Shown one piece after another: positions 30,261 to 39,163 of a stretch of DNA of 64,000 nt. The notes under the pieces were generated by a model, which did not search any database, was not told the origin of the DNA, and was given only the letters and a program-made list of their open reading frames with translations. This stretch comes from an uncultured bacterium. Its GTDB lineage: Bacteria > Actinomycetota > Acidimicrobiia > Spongiisociales > UBA5794. The stretch spans positions 96,001-160,000 of the forward strand of contig CAWDDT010000007.1 of assembly GCA_963801165.1 (NCBI GenBank), written 5' to 3'. The position numbers and the translations under genes are program-made. Each line of letters starts with the position of its first letter. Positions within the stretch are counted from its first letter, which is position 1.

Positions 30261-30785
30261 TCAGTGCGAATCAGCTTCGATTTCGATGTCGACCATGAGC
30301 TGTCCCGCCAGATCCTCGAAGGCCTCGGTTAGGTAGTCGACCGAGACCATGTCGGGTAGCGTCAAGATAGCGTGCGCCTTGAAGATCGTGCCGCCCTCCA
30401 TCGGGGCGCTGATCGTCTCCGTCTCGAGCTCCTCGATATTGACGTTCCGCCGCGCCAGCACCTCGGATACTTCACGGACGATGCCGGGGCGGTCGAGTCC
30501 CACCAGCTCCAGGGTGACCCTGGGTTGATGGGCGGCGCGGGGTGACGCCGATAGTTCGGCGGAGACCTCGAGCAGACCCTGCTCGCGGAGTGGGCCGAGG
30601 TCCGCAACGAGAGCGTCGACCTGGTTGTCGGGGACGGTGACCATCACGATGCCGGCGAACTTGCCGGCGAGATGAGCCATGCGGCTGGTTTCCCAGTTGC
30701 CGTTGTGGTCGGCCACGACTCCGGAGAGAGCGCGCACCAATCCTGCGTGATCGTCACCGATCGCTGTCAATACGAGTGTCGCCAT
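30261..30785 (-). CDS. Tandem ACT-domain protein (GcvR-like)
   Basis: LTAIGDDHAGLV and LELVGLDRPGIV ACT motifs. Confidence 0.85.
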   Translation of the reverse strand: MATLVLTAIGDDHAGLVRALSGVVADHNGNWETSRMAHLAGKFAGIVMVTVPDNQVDALVADLGPLREQGLLEVSAELSASPRAAHQPRVTLELVGLDRPGIVREVSEVLARRNVNIEELETETISAPMEGGTIFKAHAILTLPDMVSVDYLTEAFEDLAGQLMVDIEIEADSH

Positions 30786-30820
30786 GGGCGTCAGGTTAAC
30801 CGGACCCGGAATCGGCGTCG

Positions 30821-32572
30821 CTATCTAGGAAATGCGGGTGCCGAGGCCGGTCTGCGAGTCGTGCCGAGGTCGAGCGGCTCGGAGGTCACGACGGCGCCGG
30901 CGACGTGACCGTCTGCATCGAAGAAGGGGGCGCAGTACGTGCGCGTGTGCACCCGACTTCCATCGGTGCGTGTGATCCTGAGAATGAACGGCCCGGTCGC
31001 CTGACCGGTGCGGATAGCGTTGGTCACCGGGGCATTTTCCAAGTCAAGCGGGGTACCGTCGGCGAACCTGACGTCGAAGAGCTGCTGGCTTGCGTCCAGA
31101 TCCCCGGGGCGGGTCTTGTCGTTTCCCATCCCGAGCAGCTCGCTTTCCTTCGAGTTCCAGTCGATGAGCTGTGGCGGGTCCCCGGCGAAAACGGAAACGG
31201 CGATGGGCAGCTCGTTCAACACCGAGGAGCGCAGCCGGCGCTCGAAGACGATGTCGCGAGTCAGCCCGTTCCGGGCGATGGCAGACGACGTTAACTCGGC
31301 GAGGGCCCCTGCAACGCTGACCGGCGCACCTGTCGGGATCATTTCGACGCGTTTCCAAGTAACGGCGAGGACCGCGACTACCCGATTGCCATCGTGAACG
31401 GGCAGGAGCAAAGCGGCTTTGCCGCCGAGGTTGTCTGTCGAGCCCCACCCCGTGCTGGTTACGTCTTCCACGAGAAGCGTGTTCCCGCTGCGGAGAACCT
31501 GTTCTACGTCACGCGCCTCACCGGCGGGCACCTCTGAGCGCTCGTCGTTGTAGTAAGCCGAGCGGAAGCTCCCGTCACGTCTTGGAACGAAAAGCACTGC
31601 ACCGGTTGCCCCGAGAAGCTCGCTATAGATCTTGGCGATGCCGTTGACGACGTGTCCCAACGAGTCGCTGTTCAGTGCCCCGGCCAGATCGACCAGGAGG
31701 CGAGCCCTTGGCGAGTGGGCCTGGTAGCGCTCGTCTGCGAGGAAATCGACCATCTCGTCCTCGACGACCACATCGTCGCAGGCGGGCAACCGCAGGGTGA
31801 AGACCGCACCTTTGCTACCGGCGTTGTCACACGTGAGATCACCACCCATGGCTCGTGCCAGCTGCCGGCTCAGTGACAGTCCGAGCCCGAGTCCTTCGGC
31901 AGATGCCGAGAGGTCGAAGATGCGCTCCGCCCGGTGCGCGGGAACACCGGGGCCGGAGTCCGTGAAGACCACCAGCGTGTCATCGCCGGATCGGGAGACG
32001 CTGATCCGCACGTCGCCGTCGGGTGCGTAGCGTTCTATGTTCTGGACCAGGTTGGTAGCAATCTGCATGATCAGTTGTGGATCGCCGACGGCCATTGCCT
32101 GGTGACCGCCCGAGATGTAGCACCGGGGCGCCACTTTGGGCGAGCGGGCGATCGCCTTGCCAACCAGGGTAAAGAGATTTGTCGGCACGGCCTCCGGGGA
32201 GAGGATGGCGCGATCGAGCCGCGATCGAGCATGCAGGTTGTTGACCACATGCAGGAGGTGGTTTGCGTCGCTGTGCGCCCCGACCAGCAACTCGTCGACC
32301 TCCGACGGCTCGAGCGGCATGGTGGGGTCGGTGAGCAGCTCCAAGGTTCCGAGGATGCCGGTGAGCGGGGTACGAAGCTCGTGAGAGACCTCGGCGATGA
32401 GATCGGTCTGCTCGGGCCCCTCGTTGCGGGCCATGATCGCCCCGAATGCGGTAGCGATGGTGGCTGCATTCACCAGGATCGTCACGGGACCGGGGGCGCC
32501 GAACACCACGGCGAGCAGCCCGACGGCCGCCAGGCACACCGTCAGAATCTCAAGCGCATGGTTGGTTCGCAA
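30821..32572 (-). CDS. Orphan histidine kinase with C-terminal GAF and PAS-like domains
   Basis: Two N-terminal TMs, VSHELRTPL, NLVQNIERY, DSGPGV, GLGLGLSLSR, followed by GAF-like and PAS/PAC-like regions. Confidence 0.85.
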   Translation of the reverse strand: MRTNHALEILTVCLAAVGLLAVVFGAPGPVTILVNAATIATAFGAIMARNEGPEQTDLIAEVSHELRTPLTGILGTLELLTDPTMPLEPSEVDELLVGAHSDANHLLHVVNNLHARSRLDRAILSPEAVPTNLFTLVGKAIARSPKVAPRCYISGGHQAMAVGDPQLIMQIATNLVQNIERYAPDGDVRISVSRSGDDTLVVFTDSGPGVPAHRAERIFDLSASAEGLGLGLSLSRQLARAMGGDLTCDNAGSKGAVFTLRLPACDDVVVEDEMVDFLADERYQAHSPRARLLVDLAGALNSDSLGHVVNGIAKIYSELLGATGAVLFVPRRDGSFRSAYYNDERSEVPAGEARDVEQVLRSGNTLLVEDVTSTGWGSTDNLGGKAALLLPVHDGNRVVAVLAVTWKRVEMIPTGAPVSVAGALAELTSSAIARNGLTRDIVFERRLRSSVLNELPIAVSVFAGDPPQLIDWNSKESELLGMGNDKTRPGDLDASQQLFDVRFADGTPLDLENAPVTNAIRTGQATGPFILRITRTDGSRVHTRTYCAPFFDADGHVAGAVVTSEPLDLGTTRRPASAPAFPR

Positions 32573-32601
32573 GGATCCCCCTGAAACGTCAGCTCATATG
32601 A

Positions 32602-32628
32602 CTATCGGCACATGGCGCGTCTGGTTGA
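32602..32628 (-). promoter_or_regulatory. Putative sigma-28 (FliA/WhiG-type) promoter
   Basis: Minus strand TCAA-N15-GCCGATAG upstream of the kinase gene. Confidence 0.6.
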
Positions 32629-32633
32629 GCGGA

Positions 32634-33371
32634 TCAGATCTCGGTGAGACAGTCCCCACCGGGGTGCACGTGGGGGGTTACGACCGGGGTTCCCGCGGCG
32701 TTGGCCGACTCGAGCAGACCGGCAACGATCCCCTGATCGAGTTTGCAGACGAGTTCGGGGTGCTTGGATGCGGTGGCACCGAACGGGCAGAAGCTGGTGA
32801 CGATGCGCCGTTCAGCCGTGTCGGCCTCGCTACCGAAGCCGACGCCCAGCATCACACGGGCGACGGCCTGCACCGCCGTTTCGAAGCCCGAATCTCGTGC
32901 CAGGCCTACTTCTGCCGCCAACTCCCGACCGTACTCACGGCCGATGTCCTCGGCGAGCTCGCCGGCTGTGTCCGGAGCGAGCCGCTCGACCATGCGCGCC
33001 AGGAGCTCCGCAAGCAGGTCGTAACGTCGCAACGGGAACTGGACCGAGATCTCCTTGGCGGTTGTCTCGTAGTACTTGGCCGGTCGTCCGGCTCCCGGCC
33101 CGCGCCGCTCGGTGCGTTGCAGCGTGGTCACTTGAAGGTACCCGTCGCTGACCAGACGGTCGAGATGGTGACGGGCGACGTTGACGTGAATGTGGAAGAG
33201 GTCGGCAATCTGCGCTGCCGTCACCGGCTCGATGGACTCGCGGACCGTGATGTAGATGCCGCGTCTGGTGGCATCGCCCAGGGTTGCCGCCAGGTCACCG
33301 ATCTGCCGGCTCATCTCACTTGTGTCGATCATGACGGGCTCCGCGCGATGGGGGATTGGCGGGTTCCACAC
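32634..33371 (-). CDS. ArsR/SufR-like HTH transcriptional regulator with C-terminal Cys residues
   Basis: LGDATRRGIY, HVNVARHHLDRL, GAGRPAKYY, FCPF...VC...DC; start may be 33332. Confidence 0.85.
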   Translation of the reverse strand: MWNPPIPHRAEPVMIDTSEMSRQIGDLAATLGDATRRGIYITVRESIEPVTAAQIADLFHIHVNVARHHLDRLVSDGYLQVTTLQRTERRGPGAGRPAKYYETTAKEISVQFPLRRYDLLAELLARMVERLAPDTAGELAEDIGREYGRELAAEVGLARDSGFETAVQAVARVMLGVGFGSEADTAERRIVTSFCPFGATASKHPELVCKLDQGIVAGLLESANAAGTPVVTPHVHPGGDCLTEI

Positions 33372-33405
33372 TCACTATAGTTTCTATCCACTACGCGCAT
33401 AGGAG

Positions 33406-34515
33406 ATGGTGTCCGTGATCGATGTCGCAGCTTTGCGTGCCGCGATAGGCCAGGTAGAGGATCCCGAGATCCATCGCAGCCTCGAAGAACTCAACATGTT
33501 GCGTGACCTCGCGGTCGATGATGACGGCTCGGTACGCGCCCTTGTTGCTCTGACGATTCCCGGCTGTCCTCTGAAGGACCAGCTGACGAGGGACGTCACC
33601 GCAGCTGCAATGAGCGTTTCCGGTGTCACCAACGTGAGCGTGTCGTTCACTTCGATGACCGACGCGGAGCGCAACGAGCTGACCGCGAATCTGCGAGGTG
33701 GCGTCGAGCCGGCGACGATCCCGATTGCTCGGGCGGGGAGCCCCACCCGGGTCATCGCGGTCTCATCAGGCAAGGGCGGCGTCGGGAAGTCGTCGGTGAC
33801 CACCAACCTCGCGGTCGCTCTGGCTGCTGCCGGCAGTAGCGTCGGCGTCATGGATGCAGACGTGTGGGGCTTCTCCATCCCGCGCATGCTCGGTATCGAT
33901 CGACCACCGACCATCGTGGACGAAGTGCTCTTTCCCCCAGAGATACACGGGGTCAAAGCAATGTCGATGGATTTCTTCGTACCCGACGACCAGGCGGTCA
34001 TCTGGCGGGGGCCCATGCTGCACAAGGCCATGGAGCAATTCCTCGCAGATGTCCACTGGGACGATCCCGACTACCTTCTCGTCGACATGCCGCCGGGAAC
34101 GGGCGACATCTCGATCTCGCTGTCGCAGTTCCTGCCGATGGCACAGGCGCTGATCGTCACCACGCCGCAGATAACCGCACAGCGGGTAGCGAAGCGGGCA
34201 GGTCTCATGGCGAAAAAGGTCAATCAGGAGATTCTCGGGGTGGTCGAGAACATGTCCTGGTTCACCGGGGATGACGGGAAGCGCTACCCGATCTTTGGCG
34301 AGGGCGGAGGCCAGGCGCTCGCCGACGAACTCGATGTTCCGCTGCTGGCCAGGATCCCGCTGGTCGCCGAGATGCGTTCGGCGGCCGACGCAGGTGCGCC
34401 GATTGCGGTCGCCCAGCCCCATAGCGAAGCCGCCGAGGCGTTCGCCGCCCTGGCCGACGAGATCGAGAAGCGCAAGCCCCGGCTGAGAAGTCATCCGCAG
34501 CTAGTGATCAACTGA
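33406..34515 (+). CDS. mrp: Mrp/NBP35 (ApbC) family ATP-binding protein with N-terminal DUF59 domain
   Basis: DPEI...TIPGCPL, SGKGGVGKS, VIWRGPML, DMPPGTGD, VVENMS. Confidence 0.92.
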   Translation: MVSVIDVAALRAAIGQVEDPEIHRSLEELNMLRDLAVDDDGSVRALVALTIPGCPLKDQLTRDVTAAAMSVSGVTNVSVSFTSMTDAERNELTANLRGGVEPATIPIARAGSPTRVIAVSSGKGGVGKSSVTTNLAVALAAAGSSVGVMDADVWGFSIPRMLGIDRPPTIVDEVLFPPEIHGVKAMSMDFFVPDDQAVIWRGPMLHKAMEQFLADVHWDDPDYLLVDMPPGTGDISISLSQFLPMAQALIVTTPQITAQRVAKRAGLMAKKVNQEILGVVENMSWFTGDDGKRYPIFGEGGGQALADELDVPLLARIPLVAEMRSAADAGAPIAVAQPHSEAAEAFAALADEIEKRKPRLRSHPQLVIN

Positions 34516-34553
34516 GCGCCCAACCGCTACGATTCGGCGCAGAACGAGACAGG

Positions 34554-34790
34554 ATGGATGACATGAGCGACGGCGGGAAGCTCCGCATCGGAATCGATGG
34601 GGCACGCGAGTTGGCGATGGAAGTCGAGAACCTCGATGAGACCGTATCGAACCTGGAGAAGGGCCTCGCCGCCGGCGCTGCGCTGATCTGGCTGACCAAT
34701 CGGCAGGGAGCACGCTATGGAGTCGTTGCTGCCCGCGTGGCTTTCGTCGAGGTGGAGCGTGCTGCCGATCGATCCGTCGGATTCGGCTAG
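34554..34790 (+). CDS. DUF3107 family protein
   Basis: LRIGIDGAREL...VAFVEV...RSVGFG pattern; start may be 34563. Confidence 0.75.
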   Translation: MDDMSDGGKLRIGIDGARELAMEVENLDETVSNLEKGLAAGAALIWLTNRQGARYGVVAARVAFVEVERAADRSVGFG

Positions 34791-34817
34791 ACCGCGCCGA
34801 GGAATCTCTCAGAATTA

Positions 34818-34849
34818 GCAACGGCCCCGGGATCGCCCGGGGCCGTTGC
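34818..34849. terminator. Perfect 14-bp stem hairpin between convergent genes
   Basis: GCAACGGCCCCGGG-atcg-CCCGGGGCCGTTGC. Confidence 0.75.
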
Positions 34850-34873
34850 CGTGTAGCTATGCGTCTAGGACGG

Positions 34874-35854
34874 CTACTTCTCGTCTGTGGCAGGTTCGGG
34901 TTCCTTCCGATCGGCCATGAAGCTCCATGCTCCACACACGATGATCAACAACCCGGCGACCAGGACCACGAGGGCGATCGGGTTGAGCGCCGTGTCCTTG
35001 ATTGTGTTGTAGTTGTCGAGCTGGCTGTCGAATGCCGTCACGAGGGCCTGGAACCGGCCCTTCATCTCGGGGAGATTCTGGAGTGCAGCAGCCGTGGCGG
35101 GGAACTGGCTCAGGAAGCCCTGCATCGTCGCTTCGTCCATGCCCAGCTGCTGGCTGAGGGCAGGCAACATCTGGGTGCTCATCTGATCGCCCATCGCACC
35201 GACCACACCGAGCGATTGGGTGGCTCCGGCTACGAGCTGCTCGTTGTACACGGGCTTGAGCGCCGCGTTCATGTCATCAGCGGCTGCCGACTTGGGCAAA
35301 AAGGAGAGCCCGACAGTGAAGACGACCACCAGAACACCGAATCCGACCGCGATCAGCCAGGCGAACCGGGTTCGGCGCCACATGATGACGGATACGACGA
35401 CCGCACCGACGCCGATGAGCAGGATGATCCAGGGCACCGTAGTTGCCGGCAGACTGCTCGTCGGGATGGCGTCGGCAGACTCGAAGTTCGACTGCTGCTC
35501 TCCCAGGAGGTTCACGACTCCGGTGAACTGCGGGACGATGTCGGGCAGAGCCGCCACGCCGGCCGCAACTGCGGGAAAGTTGGTCCCGAGGAACGCGTTC
35601 AGGTCCGCGGGGCTCATCTGCAGCGCCCCCGCCAGCGCCGGCGCCACCTGATTGCTGAACTCGTCACTCACGTCACCCAACGCCTTGACGTCGGCCTTGG
35701 CCGCGTCGATCGACGCGGTGGTCATGATGGGGCGAAACTCGTCGGTCAGCTGCTCGAAGGAGCTGCCCACCGTGAATAGATTGTTGGCGAACAATACGAT
35801 CAGCACGATTACGCCGATCGCAAGCACACCGAATGCGGGTAACCGCTTGCTCAT
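34874..35854 (-). CDS. Hypothetical 4-TM membrane protein with two-fold internal repeat
   Basis: Strong RBS GGAGGAGGAG; two similar TM-helical-TM halves. Confidence 0.8.
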   Translation of the reverse strand: MSKRLPAFGVLAIGVIVLIVLFANNLFTVGSSFEQLTDEFRPIMTTASIDAAKADVKALGDVSDEFSNQVAPALAGALQMSPADLNAFLGTNFPAVAAGVAALPDIVPQFTGVVNLLGEQQSNFESADAIPTSSLPATTVPWIILLIGVGAVVVSVIMWRRTRFAWLIAVGFGVLVVVFTVGLSFLPKSAAADDMNAALKPVYNEQLVAGATQSLGVVGAMGDQMSTQMLPALSQQLGMDEATMQGFLSQFPATAAALQNLPEMKGRFQALVTAFDSQLDNYNTIKDTALNPIALVVLVAGLLIIVCGAWSFMADRKEPEPATDEK

Positions 35855-36054
35855 CTTCTCCTCCTCCTGCGCATCGACCGGATCTGATGCTGACGGCTCA
35901 TTGTTGCACCGTGACACCCGGTCGTGCTGAGATCTTCCTCGTTCCTACCAGGGATACCAGCACATTCGGAGGCAGGCATGTAAGGGCCGGATGGCCCAGG
36001 GGTTCGGGACGATTCCCAAAAAGGGTGCGGTTTGGCGGGAAGGGAGGCGGTGTC

Positions 36055-36342
36055 CTAGGAGGCCCGGCGCTCGGCTTCCTGACGACGGCGGCGGCGGTCG
36101 GCGAGCCAGCGCTTGCGGAGACGGCGCCGCTCTTCCTCGGGGTATCCGCCCCATACACCGGATTCCTGGTTGGTTTCGAGGGCGTATTGGAGGCATTCTT
36201 CGCCCACCGAGCATGCCGAGCAGATGGCCCGAGCCCGTTCGATGTGACCAACGGCGGGTCCAGTTGTACCGATCGGGAAGAAGACTTCCGGATCGCTGTC
36301 TCTACAGGCTGAGAGTTCGCGCCAGTCGGTCAGTGTGAGCAT
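36055..36342 (-). CDS. whiB1: WhiB family transcriptional regulator (WhiB1-like)
   Basis: DWRELSAC..DPEVFFPIGTTGPA, four Cys, GVWGG. Confidence 0.9.
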   Translation of the reverse strand: MLTLTDWRELSACRDSDPEVFFPIGTTGPAVGHIERARAICSACSVGEECLQYALETNQESGVWGGYPEEERRRLRKRWLADRRRRRQEAERRAS

Positions 36343-36369
36343 GCTTTATTGCCTCGTTCCTCGTCCCCT

Positions 36370-36395
36370 CTTGTGAATGTGAACGCATTCACAAG
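36370..36395. promoter_or_regulatory. CRP/GlxR-type site inside a larger inverted repeat upstream of whiB1
   Basis: TGTGA-acgcat-TCACA (36378-36393), overlapping CTTGTGAATG...CATTCACAAG. Confidence 0.65.
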
Positions 36396-36585
36396 GTGTA
36401 TGTCAATAGAAAGGCACCGGAATAAACATAGGTAACCTCGAATGCGCAGTCTAAGGCGATGTAACGGCGCGCTTCAAGAGGTATTTTGGCCCCCCTCGGT
36501 CGGGACCCCGGTCGGGACCTCGCCGACCTGCTCCTGTGGAACTGCTGCGGGCTACTGTGCAAGGAGCAGAGAAACGGAGTTGTCG

Positions 36586-37041
36586 ATGGCAATACGAGAA
36601 GAGCTCGTCGCCGAGCTGAGGGATGCCATCAAGACCCGCGACAAGGCTCGCAGCAACGCGATCCGGCAGATCGAGACCGACGTGGCGATCGCCAAGTCGG
36701 CTCCGGGCTTCTCCGGCGAAGTCGACGATGGGTTCTATCAGAAGGCCATCGCCTCCTACGTGAAGAAGATGGAGAAAGCCCGGGCAGAGTATGCCGCAGC
36801 GGGTGCGCGCGGCGCCGAGCAGGAGGCCATACTCGCCTTCGAGGTTGAGTACCTGTCGCAGTGGCTCCCCAAGCTCCCCGGTGAGGACGAGACCAGGGAC
36901 ATCGTGAGGCGGGCTATCGCCGAGCTGGGCGTCGCCGATCCCAAGATGGCGGGTCGGGTCACCGGGCACGTCATGAAGTCGGGCCAGCAGCTCGATGGTG
37001 GGTTGGTGAATCGTCTCGTGCGTGAGGAGCTCGAGGGTTGA
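36586..37041 (+). CDS. GatB/YqeY domain-containing protein
   Basis: AIKTRDK, EVEYLSQWLP, KMAGRVTGHVMK...DGGLV; ATG after GGAG. Confidence 0.85.
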   Translation: MAIREELVAELRDAIKTRDKARSNAIRQIETDVAIAKSAPGFSGEVDDGFYQKAIASYVKKMEKARAEYAAAGARGAEQEAILAFEVEYLSQWLPKLPGEDETRDIVRRAIAELGVADPKMAGRVTGHVMKSGQQLDGGLVNRLVREELEG

Positions 37042-38006
37042 ACGATCCCGGGCACGGTTCGCTCGGCGACCTCGCGCCCATGCTGGCCACGCCCTGGCCG
37101 GCTCCGTTTGACGACGACGAGTGGGTGTTCGAGCTCAAATGGGACGGGGTGCGGTGCATTGCGACCTCGCCGGGACCAGGGGGCCTCCGTCTCCGCAGCC
37201 GCCGTGGCAACGACATGACCAGCCGCTATCCGGAGCTGGCGGGCGTTGCGCTACCGGAGGGGCTCGTTCTCGACGGCGAGATCGTTGCCCTCGATGCCGG
37301 GGGCCATCCGTCATTCGAGCGTCTCCAGAGCCGCATGAACCGGGTGCCGGGTGTGGCGGAGACGCCGGTTCCGATCACTTACGTGGTCTTCGACCTGGTC
37401 GCCGACGGGGTCTCGTTGTTGCGAGCGCCCCTCGAGGAACGTACCGGCAGGCTGTCATCGCTGACGCTGCCCCCTCCGATGGTCGTCACCGATCGGTTCC
37501 CGGGGCGTGCCGGTGGTGTGTGGCAGTTCGTTGTGGAGAACGATCTCGAGGGCATCGTCGCCAAGCGTCTCGGCAGCGTCTACCAGCCCGGCGTCCGGTC
37601 ACCCGACTGGCGCAAGATCGGCAACTTCAAGCAGATGCGTGCCGTGGTGGGCGGTTTCACCCAGGGCACGGGCGGACGGACGACATCCTTCGGGGCGCTG
37701 CTCCTCGGACTGTACGAAGGGGCCGCACTGCGTTGGATCGGTGCGGTCGGCTCCGGGTTCGGCGACAAGGCGTTGCACGCCATCCGCGGCGCCCTCGACG
37801 AGATGACCGTCGCCGAGTGCCCGTTCGAGCTCGATCCCGAGCTGCCGAAGGGATCGCGCTGGGTGCAACCGAGGTTGGTGGCGATGGTGCGCTTCAAGCA
37901 GTGGACCGCGGCCGGCAGGGTGCGCGCTCCGTCCTTCCTCGGGTTCACCGACGACCCGGCGGAATTGGTCACCTGGGACAGCGAGGGGCCCGCAGCCGGG
38001 GCGTGA
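37038..38006 (+). CDS. ligD: ATP-dependent DNA ligase (LigD ligase domain only, NHEJ)
   Basis: FELKWDGVR, LDGEIV, VFDL, EGIVAK, YQPGVRSPDWRK, OB-fold C-terminus. Confidence 0.85.
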   Translation: MNDPGHGSLGDLAPMLATPWPAPFDDDEWVFELKWDGVRCIATSPGPGGLRLRSRRGNDMTSRYPELAGVALPEGLVLDGEIVALDAGGHPSFERLQSRMNRVPGVAETPVPITYVVFDLVADGVSLLRAPLEERTGRLSSLTLPPPMVVTDRFPGRAGGVWQFVVENDLEGIVAKRLGSVYQPGVRSPDWRKIGNFKQMRAVVGGFTQGTGGRTTSFGALLLGLYEGAALRWIGAVGSGFGDKALHAIRGALDEMTVAECPFELDPELPKGSRWVQPRLVAMVRFKQWTAAGRVRAPSFLGFTDDPAELVTWDSEGPAAGA

Positions 38007-38085
38007 TGTCCGAACGGCACGGGATCGTCGTCAGATCGCGAAAACCAGGCTTCAAGAATGTTGGGATGTTTGGCGATACGAAAAC

Positions 38086-38250
38086 ATGGTCGCCCTGCAA
38101 GCCATAGTGACAGCTATCACGATAACTCTGGTGTTGGCTGCGACCCGACTGACGCTCGAGATCGAATTCATCGACGCAAATCGGCTCGACGGTGCTGCCC
38201 CGGAAATCGGGGCGCAGGCCACCATCACCATCCTCCCAACGGACTCCTGA
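38086..38250 (+). CDS. Putative 54-aa small protein with hydrophobic N-terminus (below ORF-track cutoff)
   Basis: ATG38086..TGA38250 reads MVALQAIVTAITITLVLAATRLTLEIEFIDANRLDGAAPEIGAQATITILPTDS; preceded by a sigma-28-like motif. Confidence 0.5.
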   Translation: MVALQAIVTAITITLVLAATRLTLEIEFIDANRLDGAAPEIGAQATITILPTDS

Positions 38251-38289
38251 GCCTGTTGCCACGGTTCCGCACGGTGAGATCCGGGGGCG

Positions 38290-39072
38290 TCAGACCGCCT
38301 TCTTCTCCTTGGTGGCTTCGACGCTCGCTCGCAGCGCCTCCATGAGATCGACGACGCCGGTCGCCTCGGGCACGTCGGGCACCACGATCTGCTGACCCTC
38401 GACTTTGGCGGCTGCTGCGGCTTCCACCGCCTCTCGCGATTCGTCGTGCCATGCCGATGGATCGAAGGACCCGGAGAGGTTGTCGATGATCATCGTCGCC
38501 ATCTTGACCTCCTCGTCCCTGACCTCGACCTCTTCGTCGAGCATCTCGAAACGGGGTTCTCTGATCTCGTCCGGCCAGTACATGGTCTCGAGGATGATCA
38601 CGCCCTCTTCGGCCCGCAGGGTGGCCAGGTACTCGCGTTCACGGATGGCGACTTTGGCCACCCCGACCATGTCCTTTTCCTCAAGGCCGGCAAGAAGTAG
38701 CCGGTAGGCCTTGACCCCGGACTTCTCCGGTGCGAGGTAGTACGAGGACTGGAAGTAGATCGGATCGATCTCGGAGCGGTCGACGAACTGCACCACGTCG
38801 ACGATGCCGCCGGTGAGACCCTTCATTATCTCCTGGAGCTCCTCGCCGGTGAAAACGACGTAGCGCTCCTTGTCGATCTCATATCCCTTGACGATGTTTT
38901 CGTTCGGCACTTCTTCGCCGTCCGCCTCAGCGACCTTCTTGTAGCGGATCCTGGAGTGGTCCGAGTCGCGAAGTTGGCGGAAAGACGGGCGCTTGTTCTC
39001 CGTGGCCGCATAGAGACCGACCGGGATCGTCACCAGTCCAAACGATATGGCACCTTTCCAGATGGGGCGCAT
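38290..39072 (-). CDS. ku: Non-homologous end-joining protein Ku
   Basis: MRPIWKGAISFGLVTIPV, IVKGYE, IDPIYF, VVDLMEALRAS. Confidence 0.96.
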   Translation of the reverse strand: MRPIWKGAISFGLVTIPVGLYAATENKRPSFRQLRDSDHSRIRYKKVAEADGEEVPNENIVKGYEIDKERYVVFTGEELQEIMKGLTGGIVDVVQFVDRSEIDPIYFQSSYYLAPEKSGVKAYRLLLAGLEEKDMVGVAKVAIREREYLATLRAEEGVIILETMYWPDEIREPRFEMLDEEVEVRDEEVKMATMIIDNLSGSFDPSAWHDESREAVEAAAAAKVEGQQIVVPDVPEATGVVDLMEALRASVEATKEKKAV

Positions 39073-39163
39073 GCAGACCTCCAGTTCGCGAAAACACTAG
39101 CTGGTGGCAATGGTGTTGGGGTACGCCGGTGTTGCGTACACTCGCTCCGCAACGACGGAGGAA

